NCBI RefSeq assembly: GCF_006345805.1
Contig: NC_043007.1
Location: 68,758,001 to 68,822,000 of the forward strand
DNA: 64,000 bases
From: Octopus sinensis
Lineage: Eukaryota
Direction: 5' to 3'
Shown here: positions 52,977-64,000 of the stretch, piece by piece
Numbering within the stretch: the stretch's first letter is position 1
How the letters are laid out: each line of letters begins with the position of its first letter
The notes under the pieces: generated by a model
What the model was told of the DNA's origin: nothing
Databases searched by the model: none
What the model saw: the letters and a program-made list of their open reading frames with translations, nothing else
Position numbers and translations under genes: made by a program

Positions 52977-53007
<31 letters not shown>

Positions 53008-54060
53008 TGTGTGTGTATGCATGCGTGTGACGGGCAAGCAAGCACTAATTAACCCTTGTCATTGATTTATATGTAAAACATTTCTTCGTTCGATGTTCAA
53101 GTTATTTATTAATAAACTTATTCTATTTTAGTGGTATTTACTAATGTATTTTAATGTTCATTATTATTAACACTACACTATATCAATGCACGCACACATA
53201 AACGCACACATACATACATGCATACATACATACATACATACATACATACATACATACATACATACAAACATACATACATACATACATTTAATTCACTTAC
53301 CAAGTATCACAAAGATTTCATAACGTTTATACGATGAGGTTTTGCTTAATAATATCACAAATCACAAAAACGAGGCATTGAAGCGAAATGACTTCAAAAT
53401 AAATTTAGTTGAATAAAAGAACATTGCGATGATATACGAAAAAAAAATTGTGGTACAGTCCAGCTTTAAATATTGACGTAAGCACCAGTATTGCCAATAA
53501 ACCTTTGAAGAATCTGTTAGAAAAACATTAACATCAAAAGATTTTTAGCAAGAATTTTAGATATCAAGTTGAGTTATTCTCGTACAAACCGTTTTCTATC
53601 GTTATTTGGCTATTCTCAGTCATATATAAATATATTACTTCAAGGACATCGAACCAAATTAATTCAAGAACTACGAAACAAGTAAGTCTTTGAAGTTGTC
53701 TTTAGAGAGAAAAATAGCCAAGGACTGTATATTGTATAAAGGGATTAACTATGTAATTTAATTATTAAAATATGAATTGAATTTTCAGTACAACAATTAA
53801 AATTTAAGTTCAATTAACAACACGTGTGTGCGTGCATGTGTATGTGTGTGTGAGTGTATGTATATGGATATGTATATATACAATAGTAGTGCTCCAGCAT
53901 GACCAGAGCTTTAAAGCTAAAGCAATTTAAAGATTTAAAGACATGTATATGCACATTCCATACATACGTATCCATACATGTACTAACGTCTATTCAAAAA
54001 CACCTCTTGACAAATCGCTTCATTTTTAGACGTTTCTTTTTAAGAACAGAAGCACTATCA

Positions 54061-54220
54061 TGCAGGAGTGTCTGTGTGGTAAGTAGCTTGCTTACCAACC
54101 ACATAGTTCCGAGTTCAGTCAACTGCATGGCACTTTGGGCAAGTGTCTTCTACTATAGCCTCGGGCCGACCAAAGCCTCGTGAGTGGATTTGGTAGACGA
54201 AAACTGAAAGAAGCCCGTCG

Positions 54221-54287
<67 letters not shown>

Positions 54288-54530
54288 TATGTGTGTGTGT
54301 GTTTGTGTGTGTGTGCGTGTGTGTGTATATATATGTTTGTGTATCTGTGTTTGTCACCCCAACATCGCTTGACAACCGATGCTGGTGTGTTTGTGTCTCC
54401 GTCACTTAGCGGTTCGCCAACAGAGAACGATAGAATAAGTAAGCTTACAAAAATTATTCCTGCGGTCGATTTGCTCGACTAGAGGCGGTGCTCCAGCATG
54501 ACCGCAGTCTGAAACAAATAAAAGAATAAA
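54061..54530 (+). mobile_element. SINE-A, full length with long internal (TA)n(TG)n
   Basis: Same head, body and tail as the 13621 and 38664 copies. Confidence 0.92.
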
Positions 54531-54829
54531 AGACAAGAATAACAGAATACCAAGAGGTAGCATTTACACCGGTAACATTTACAGGATTCGGATTCCATGT
54601 GAAACGGTTAACCTTTTTCCATGCCAAAAATATTCATACAGAGAAATGGAATTAACCTTTACTTTCTAACATAAGACTCTAATATTTCCTTGCACAATAT
54701 TAAATCTCATAAAGCTATCTAAATATTAAATTCTTACAGAGAGGAATTCACTCTGATACGAAAATATACTTTAGCTATTTATGTATTGCAAGCATATATA
54801 TAAAAAAAAAGCAACAAGAATGGATTAGT

Positions 54830-55775
54830 TGTTGGACATATATGTCCACTATAATAGCTAAGATTAATAATAATAACATTAAGCTAGACAGGAATAATAA
54901 GACTAATACCAACATGAATACCAATAACAATTGTAATAATATTATCAAAAATAAAGATAATAACCACAATAATAGTAACTATCAAAACAAAGGTAGCATC
55001 AATAACCATGGAATAACTAATAATAATAATAATATTAATAGGAATAATAATGTTAATAATATGAGCAATGCTAATAGAGAAAATATCGGGAATGAAGACA
55101 ACATTGATATCTATAACAGCAATATACATTCGGATATAAATACAAGCAATAATAGTAGCAATACCAATAATGTGAGGAATTATGATAGGGCTATAGAACT
55201 AAATGATAGTGTAAACGGATCGATAAATGATAACACTGCTTTAGATAACAACATTAACTATAATAACGATAAATATACTCATAATAATCAGAATAGCAAC
55301 AATATGGGATATCTATCCTTAAATAATTCTACATCTGAAGATGATCCCCCTAGGTGTAATTGTAGAATTAAGTCAAAATGCCCGGCACCTGGTCTGTGTG
55401 GGGTAAATAACGTAATCTATAAATGTACCATAACTACTGAGAATAGCAAATTTTTTTATTTAGGTTGTACTATAAAATTTAAACAAAGAGTTAGCAACCA
55501 TATCTCCTCTTTAAGGTTACGTCATAAAGCTGGTTGCACCACACTTTCAAGTAAGATCTGGGAACTCAAAAATAATAATATTAAATATAACCTTAATTGG
55601 GAAATAGTTAGAAGAGCGATGCCTTATAGAAATAACAGGGCTGGTTGCCAACTCTGCTCCATGGAGACATATGAAATTCTAAGGCATAGAAAAAGATAGG
55701 AATTTGTTAAATAACCGTATAGAATTGGGTCTATCTTGTATTCACGCGAAAATTAAGACTCTTAAATATTTTAAA
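54830..55775 (+). pseudogene. Penelope-like GIY-YIG remnant with Asn-rich linker (ORF 54842-55699; frameshift near 55690)
   Basis: CNCRIKSKCP..VIYKC..FYLG..FKQRVSNH..TTLSSKIWELK..WEIVRRAMPY..CQLCSME. The shifted frame continues DRNLLNNRIELGLSCIH. No RT motifs recognised upstream. Confidence 0.82.
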
Positions 55776-57128
55776 TAAAAATCGTATAGAATAATCGTAT
55801 GGAGCTAGGTCAATCTTGTTTTTACTAAAAAATCAAAACTCTAATATATTTTTAAATAGATATCTGTGAGCTCTTCCACTGGTGTTCTTTCTTTCTAACT
55901 GTACCTGGTTTAGAACACAAAGAAATAAATGGTATTTGTACGTTGCCAAAGAAATTTTAATTGACTATATAGTTAATTTAATTTAATCTAATTTTAATCT
56001 AATCTAATTAACCCAACTTAAATCAAAGAAGTTGCTAATACTTCATAATTCTATTCTAAGTTTATTAAGTAATGCTACTCCCTTAATAATAATATAAGGA
56101 ATTTTCACTATGATTTTAACTATTTTTTTAATAAACAATACTCTCACACCTTTTACTATAGAAATTAATTGACGTCTAGGTATAGACCTAAAGTCTGTCT
56201 TACAATGTATAAACATTTGTATAAATAGTAACAATAATAAATAAATAAATAAATAACCTCCTGTTCTAGTATTGCACTTAAACCTCTTAATGTATTTTCC
56301 TCTACTGATAGCCTTTGACTCCTTTGATACCTTCTTTTGTTCTCTTTATATTCTTATATCTGCTTTTATCTCTGCAGGATTGGCAGTTAACAGCTGTAAG
56401 CTGGTCAAAAGTAATGTTCTCTTTTATAAATCTCAGATTCCTGCAACTCTGACCTAGATTTTCTGTCACCACAGAAATAAACTATTCTGTGTAGGTTGTG
56501 TACTTACACCCCTTCCTCTCAGTTGTCTCATAATGACCTATTTGGGCGGTTTTTCTGCTTCACTAACTTCTTTTAGCCAATATAATTCCAACATAGTAGT
56601 TTTGTGAAATGAACAGAAATGTGATCAACATCTCATATATCGGGAAATTATATCTACATTATTATGGATAAATTCATCGTCTCTGAGTATGAAATATCTC
56701 CTCATATCTCCGGAAATTACACCTGCATTATTATGGATGGATTTACCTTTTCTGTGAAGCTAACAAACTTTTTTGAAGCCTTTTATAAAACTGTGCATCA
56801 TTAGTGAACTTTTGAAGTCTGCCTACAATCTAACTCTGCTTTTTATAGAACTCTCTTCGATTCTTCATGAGTGTAGCCTCACCCCTTAGGATGTTTGGAA
56901 AACTCATATGTGTTTTGGCTGATGAATATGGGACACTTGTATTTGCTGCAATATTTGCAGCTTTTTATAAAGCTGTTCTTCGTATGAAACAATTGTACTG
57001 AACAACTAATCCATTCTTGTTGCTTTTTTCTTGTTTATAATCACCCCGCATTATTTTATGGTTAATACCATATAGATTTCTGGTGCATCTAAGTTATTCA
57101 TGTGAATTCATTGGGAATCTTAATTGTT

Positions 57129-57178
<50 letters not shown>

Positions 57179-57944
57179 GCGTGACAATTCTGCAGATACT
57201 AGCAATAATTATAAGCTTAAAGCTCATAAGTGATCACCGTGTATTGGTTAAAGAAAATAAACTAAAACTGGGGTATATAAACTCTCGACGGATAAAAGTG
57301 GGCTTAAAAACTTTAAGCTTATAATTATTATTGATATTTACAGAATTGTAACTCGTCACCACTTTTTCATTTAACGCAGAAAACGCACATGCTTGTTGGT
57401 TTAAAAAGACAACACCATGAAACTACAGCTCTTAAATCTAATTGAAAGCAGTAAATGGGCTCGTTGGTGCAATATGTCAGCACACATATCGCTACTATAA
57501 GAGGTACTGATTCGGTTCCCATTCGTACAGAAAGCTCAATTTTTTTTTCCGTCGTGGTCTTATATTCCCCGATATTACACCGTTTTTCTTTTTAGCCTAT
57601 ACATAGGGAACGCTTATAAACTTTAGGTTAACAATTAAAAAAAGGGGGCAACGAGGAGCGATTCATGCCCTAATTGCAGATAAATGTTTTCGCGCATTAT
57701 AGTGTCGGTTACAATGCCTTGATTACCTATGCTTTTTAATTGAACTGGATAAATTTTTCTTTTAAGTATCACCATTATAAGTGTTCATACTCCGGTGAAA
57801 TTAAGAAATCAACTCGTAAATAAACGAAACCCTCGAACCCATCGCTGTACACACACACACGCGCGCGCATACACACATACGTATGTATGTACACGTACGT
57901 GTCTACGCGCACAGGTAACCATGATCTATACACACGCAGACGAG

Positions 57945-58165
57945 GGTCGATTCATATCAAAAGGTAAGTGAACAAAATAATATGACCACTTGCGAATTGG
58001 GAAATTTGTAATGTTCATCATTTCGAGCCACTCAGCCAATGAGTATTTCTGCCAAATTTCGTGAAAATGTGCTGAAAAGCCGTTTTCCAGTAATTTTGTA
58101 AACACACAGACAAAGACGAGTTATTACAATACCCAGCTTTCGCTTACGCGCACTGGGTGATTATT
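57945..58165 (+). mobile_element. Possible Helentron-associated (HINE/DINE-like) non-autonomous element
   Basis: tgccaaatttcgtgaaaat..acacacagacaaagac..aat then ACCCAG/CTGGGT stem-loop (58131-58158) followed by a T-rich flank. Confidence 0.4.
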
Positions 58166-58659
58166 ATTATTATTTACAGAATATATATTATCGTAAAATA
58201 TACATTGAAAAACCTCTAATAAATTAGTGGTAAAGTATTAATATTTTCATTTTCAGAGAGATTATGAAAATTCATCATATACTATACACACAAACGTTCA
58301 TGAAAGCAAATTATTATGTAGTTTCATTATTTATCAGTGAAAACATTCAACACATGCATTGGGTCTTCTGATGTATATACATATTTTCAAGTTATTTCGT
58401 CTTTACTGGAAAGTCAGAAAGGTGTGAATATGAGAAGAGGCATTAAAGATTGATGTGAATATATAACGTTCAAAAGCCTTTATTCAAACACCAACATCGG
58501 AAAATGAGTTCGTGTTTAGACTTGCGTTCCACCTTTAAAGTGTTCCCAAAAAGTTTTCGAACACTAAAATTTCAGTTAAGGGGCCCTCACTTTTATTCTT
58601 CGGCAATTCGATAGAACTAGTCAGACATTTGTCAAGAAATAGTATATATGAGTGTATGA

Positions 58660-58797
58660 GTGTCTATGTACGCGTGCAACGGTTCTGCACAGTTTCCAGT
58701 TCCAATACTAAGCATAGTTGAACTCGGTGCTATGGCGAAAAATCCTGGCCCAATGTTCCACGCACTCGAATCGAAATTAGAACAACATGGCTTCCAG
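58660..58797 (-). mobile_element. Very old SINE-A 5' half
   Basis: Reverse complement shows a degraded head and ttggaactggaaactg body. Confidence 0.5.
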
Positions 58798-59138
58798 TCA
58801 ATCTTATTAATCACACAACAATACGGGCATTGAGTAGCTGAAAATTTAAATATTTATCTATACATGCAACTATTTATACATACATGTGTGTGTATTTGTG
58901 TGCGCGAGCGTGCGTGCGTGAGTGTGTGCGCGTGTGAGCGTGCGTGCGCGTTTGTGTGTGAGTGTGCGTGCATGCGTGTGCGTATAAATGTATAGATAAA
59001 TTGTTTGAAGTGGTGTATAGATTTTATATATTAAGAAAATGGCTGTACGTATTCACAGTTTTGGATAATTATTTATTTAACGCTTTCATCTCGTTTCGGA
59101 AAATCGCACATACACACACACACAAACACGCACGCACG

Positions 59139-59173
<35 letters not shown>

Positions 59174-59233
59174 GTATACATATACACATCTACGTATATG
59201 TTCTATATCTCTGTACCTATCAAACTACAATTA

Positions 59234-59297
<64 letters not shown>

Positions 59298-59434
59298 CAT
59301 GTATGTATATATATGCACGTATATATACACATATTCATATATATATATATATATATATATTTGTATCTCCATCTTTGTATTGATCTAACTATATAGCTAT
59401 GTATGTTTGCATATAAATATGTGTGTGTGTGTGT

Positions 59435-59489
<55 letters not shown>

Positions 59490-60461
59490 TGTGAATAACT
59501 TATGGTAGTGTTACGATAATTATTCTGCATGCACACCTCGAATAATTTCAGTTCATCATCTGCAATGAAAAATGTCTTCCGTTCTTGTTGCTTATTCTTT
59601 GTCTGAGTATCTTATTATCCACCAGATTCCAGCACAATTTCCCACGCAACTTTATTGTCCTTGCTTTCTCTTTCCTCTTCCTTTCTATTCTTGCATTTCC
59701 GCAAGTTCACTTTACCTAAAACAAGAGTCACTGAGGGCAGGTCAGACTCAAAACAGTCTCCTTACGCATGCAAAGCTTGAATATGATGGAAGACTGCTTC
59801 ATAAATTTATTCATAAGTGTTTGAATGAAGAGAATATCATTTTCCGTGTAAATACTTATATTATTTATAACTTTAACTATTTATAGTTGATTGATTCTTA
59901 TTTTTACGATGATAATTCTTGTAAGGTTTCTTGTATTATCAGCATTAAGTGCGGAGTGAATATATTAATGCTTTTGATCATCCATTTCTTCGACTAGCGC
60001 TGACAGGAGGCTATACATAAACAATATCAAGCAAGCCAACGAGAAGACCACAACGCGTTCACTCTGTGTATGCTAGAAATAGCAGTCAAGGCTCGTCAAA
60101 TTACCCCATATTTTCTTCAAAAATGCCCTTATACCGGAGAAGTGGCCGACCTATATTGCATCGTGAATTTTCAAGCTGACCAGAAAAAGATTTGTTTTTT
60201 TATTCAACCATTATTCACGGGAATGATGTGTCCACGCCGTTGCATCTGAGACTTGATTGACAACGCTTCTATACCAGGTATTCTACACATTTCCATGACA
60301 GCGCTATTCTTTACTCTGTCATCTTACTTAACCTTGAATAATTGCCTAAGACATCTTATATGACATCTATTTAGTTGACTGATGTGTTTACGATAAGGTC
60401 TCCATGTCACTGCGCTATATGAAAGACTTTTTAGGACAGCTGACTTATCCGTGTCTATTTT

Positions 60462-60906
60462 TGTGTCGTAAGAAACTTGCTTCCCAACCACATTGTTCCA
60501 GGTTCAGTCCCACAGCTTGGTACCATGGGCAAGTGTCTTCTACTATAGCCTAGGGCCGACCAACGCCTTATGAGTGGATTTGGTAGGCGGAAACTGAAAG
60601 AAGCCCATCGTGTATATATATATATATATGTGTGTGTATGTGATTGTGTGTGTGTGGGTGTGTGTTTGTGTATGTGTGTGTTTGTATGTATGCTTGTATA
60701 TCTGTATTCCTCCACCATCGTTTGACGACCGATGTTTGTGTGTTTACGTCCTCGTAACTTAATGGTTCGGCGAAATAAGCCGATAGAATAAATACTAGGC
60801 TTACAAATAATAAGTCTCAGGGTCGATTTGTTCGACAAAAGGCGGTACTCCAGCATAGCCGCAATCAAATGACTGTAACAACTAAAAGAATAAAAGAATA
60901 AAGAAT
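60462..60906 (+). mobile_element. SINE-A, near full length
   Basis: ccaaccacattgttccaggttcagtccc..internal (TA)(TG)..(TAAAAGAA)n tail. Confidence 0.88.
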
Positions 60907-60994
60907 GCGTATTGCTGCCATCGATCACACAAGAAGCGTACTTTTCTACTCATCTGTGGGATTGTGACGTCATATCAATAATAATAAAAATAAT

Positions 60995-61232
60995 AATAAA
61001 TGCGCTCTTTTAAAGCCAAGCCAGGCTCATGGGCCCGGATTCCCGGTTTCTGTGGCTGGATGGGACGCCAGTCCATCGCAGTGTTACTCGTTTTTGCCAG
61101 CTGAGTGGACTGGAGTAACGTGAAATGAAGTGTTTTGCTCAAGAGCACAACGCGTCGCCCGGTCAAGGAATCGAAACCACAATCCTACGATCATGATGCT
61201 GACACCCTAACCACTAAGCCACGCGCCTCTAC
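60995..61232 (-). mobile_element. SINE-C group (tRNA head, Meta-like centre, tail X)
   Basis: gaggcgcgtggcttagtggttagg..gtttcgattcc..gcgttgtgctcttgagcaaaacac..gcgatggactggcgtcccatcc; ends in (ATT)n on the minus strand. Confidence 0.8.
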
Positions 61233-63588
61233 CTCATATCAATAATACCCTTTCCTAATACTAAGCAGTTATCGTTTTTAATTATTCAGCATTCGAGACG
61301 AGGTTTCTGTATTTTTGTGCATTCGTATTTCTCTATGAATCATTGTCTAGAATTTCTTGACGTTCTCTTTCTGTTTATATTTTTATTCCTACTTTCCTCA
61401 AAGTTAATGTTTCATGTCACGTTTTTGACGTAGAATCGTACTTTCTTAAAAGAAAGATTCCATTCCTGGAGACAATCTAGTTTTAAAGTTGCAGTCTCCT
61501 AAATGTAATCTTGAGAACAATGTGTGGTCACCTGAATTTCTTCAAATGTACAATGTTTCTTATAGCTCTAATTATGTTCGTGGAAAGAAATGCCGAACAA
61601 AGTCATGCTTTCATGAAACATTCCAAAAGAAATGATATTCCCTATTTCTATGACTAACATATTTATTTGTAAAAGTCTGTGTATGTATGTAAGAGTGTAT
61701 GTGCGTGTGCGTATGCGTATAGATGCATCTGATTTTACGTACGTTTGTATGCAGGTGAGTGATTGTAAGTCTGTTTGGGTCTATCCACGTTAAACACAGT
61801 TCTTTACTAACTTAACTGTTTGTCTTCATATTTTCTTTCTTGTTTATCTATACCCGTCTCTCTCCCTGTCTCTCAGTCTCTCCCCCTCTCTCTCTCTCTT
61901 TTACTTTCCATATATGTTAGACCTTTGTTTAATGCACAAAAAATGGCATATGGATATGCGAACTTACGTATCATATCACACACACATCGCAAACATATAT
62001 GCAAGTGTATATAAGTGTATATATATATGTGTGTGTCTGCGTGTGTGTGTGTGTGTATAGATATATATATATATATATGCGCACATAAATATATTTATAT
62101 ACCCATACTCACACACACACGCATATATATATATATACATACATTTATATATGTGTGTGTGTGTGTGCGTGTTTGTTTGTGTGTTTGTATAAACATATAT
62201 ATTCATATATATATATATATATATGTATATATATCGTATATCAATATATATATGTATCTATGCGCGCACGCACACACATACGCACACAAACACACATGCA
62301 CATACGTACTGGTGTATTAACTGAAGCTATGAATTTCATGAATGTGTAGAATTTTCGTGAGTGTCAGTTCCCGAAGCTACATTCCGCTCAACTTAATATT
62401 GAAATTCCCTATACTGATTTCCATCAATGCGACAACGCCTCCAATTACATCTGTCATCATATTACGCTGTCCTCCTAGCCTTTAGGCATGCTGCTGCCGA
62501 GAGAACCAAATCTTACTAGACGCAATAATAACAACTCGTTTCTTTATCAGACATAGAGAGCTAATTATGGGTTTCTAACATGACCCGTCATTTTTCAAAG
62601 ACAAATATCGCAACAATATTCCAATATTATTTCACATAACACAGACTTATCTCTTACAGTTGTTGCTGGTGTATTGTCACATGGAGTCTTCACCAAGCAG
62701 ACCAATAATCAAAGGCTTTTAACCATAACAAAAGTATGTTTTATGATTGTTTAGTATTTTCCTTTATTTTTCTTTATAATAGTAAGATGTGATCTGAGCA
62801 AACTTTGGTTGTTCAGATAACAATTATATGAAAGCATATTCCAATGTCATGTATTTCCATGCAAAAAGGAAAAATGAATGCATAGTACAGGAAGAGTTGC
62901 TATTTTTGCTGCTGAAGTGACACATTTTCATTTTGGTTGTTGATTGGTAACACAGCCACCTAGAATGCAAAAGATAGCAAGTTCGAGTTCTGCTAGAAGC
63001 ATATTGTTTTGTTTTCCTCAATGTCACTGCCATTACTGGCTTATATAATTTAGATTAGATATTAGCAAAGTAATTTATAATTATGCATGAATGTGCGTGT
63101 CTGTATGTAATATTTATATATATGGATATTTTAAGGGGGTGTACACTCACACGCTCGCGCAAGCACGAGCAAATATATATGTGTGTGTGCATGTATATAA
63201 GCATTTATACAAATATATATAAACATATATCGCATACCCATACGTATATATAAATGATGTGTGCCATAAGTGTGTATGGAGATAAATATTACCACCTGTG
63301 TGTGTGTGTTGAAATAGGCGTTAATTAAAGTCTCCAATATCTACATAATCCAGTGCAACTAATTGTAAACGATTATCATAAGGATTAATATTTATCAATA
63401 TTGAAAATGAAAGTGTGCAAAATGATATGATTGATTGTGAAATACACATTAAATGTCCGTCCTAATATAGTTATGGAAACCCTGATGGTGTTGAGTGATG
63501 AAAACTAAACAGATACACTGTGACGTGCAAGTATATAATTAAAACGATTTTCTAATTAATAAGAATGAAACGAATATCACCAAAATTA

Positions 63589-63648
<60 letters not shown>

Positions 63649-63756
63649 CATCATTATTATTATTTAAACGGATATTAACATAATTATAGATATAATTACA
63701 TGATTTCTTATTATCCTTTAACATTGGCATTGCTGTTGTGAATTATTATTATTATT

Positions 63757-64000
63757 AGCTTAGCTCTGTGGTTAAAGTGTTGCACACACGATCCCTAGAT
63801 CGTGATTTCAGTTCCTAGCCCGAGTGGCGCGTTGTGTTCTTGAGCAAAGCAATTTATCCCTCATTGCTTTGCAATATCTGCGACACCTTACGAGTAGTAC
63901 ACCGCACATCTGCTCATCTATGTTGATTTAATGAAGAGAATGCGTTAATGTGCGGTACGAATATATTTGATCACTATAAACAAAGGATTTTGGCAGATCG
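63757..64000 (+). mobile_element. SINE-C group (tail Z), runs off the window end
   Basis: agctctgtggttaaag head, gcgttgtgttcttgagcaaagc; atttgatcactataaacaaa shared with 50210-50232. Confidence 0.7.

Noticed and set aside
59990-60420. Possible decayed LINE or SINE fragments (also 62380-62720, 1940-2100)
   Set aside because: They look repeat-like, but I could not recover diagnostic motifs or in-window alignments.

Overview
AT-rich, microsatellite-saturated eukaryotic non-coding DNA. From recalled SINE families and repeat style I infer a coleoid cephalopod, most likely Octopus; no database check was possible. I find no supportable host gene exon, rRNA, true tRNA or CRISPR array. Most ORFs in the supplied track are translations of simple repeats. 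The interpretable content is a dense set of transposons. (1) One apparently full-length (~2.9 kb) Buster/Charlie-type hAT element with an open 606-aa transposase (19052-21973). (2) At least nine fragments of R4/Dong-clade non-LTR retrotransposons (RT, CCHC, PD-(D/E)xK endonuclease); all seven preserved 3' ends abut (TAA)n. (3) Five copies of a ~550-bp non-coding element that also sits only in TAA-type tracts with one fixed polarity. (4) A 5'-truncated CR1-like LINE, two Penelope-like GIY-YIG remnants, Tc1 and mariner remnants and a Gypsy integrase fragment. (5) Several non-autonomous Helitrons and three modular tRNA-derived SINE groups. Several local templated rearrangements are also visible: flank capture inside a SINE trimer, a tail-to-tail plus tandem Helitron block, a 50-bp inverted copy and a perfect 100-bp palindrome. 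The best candidate for an undescribed system is a (TAA)n-targeted R4/Dong retrotransposon community plus a putative non-autonomous passenger. Coordinates were read by eye and may be off by a few bases.
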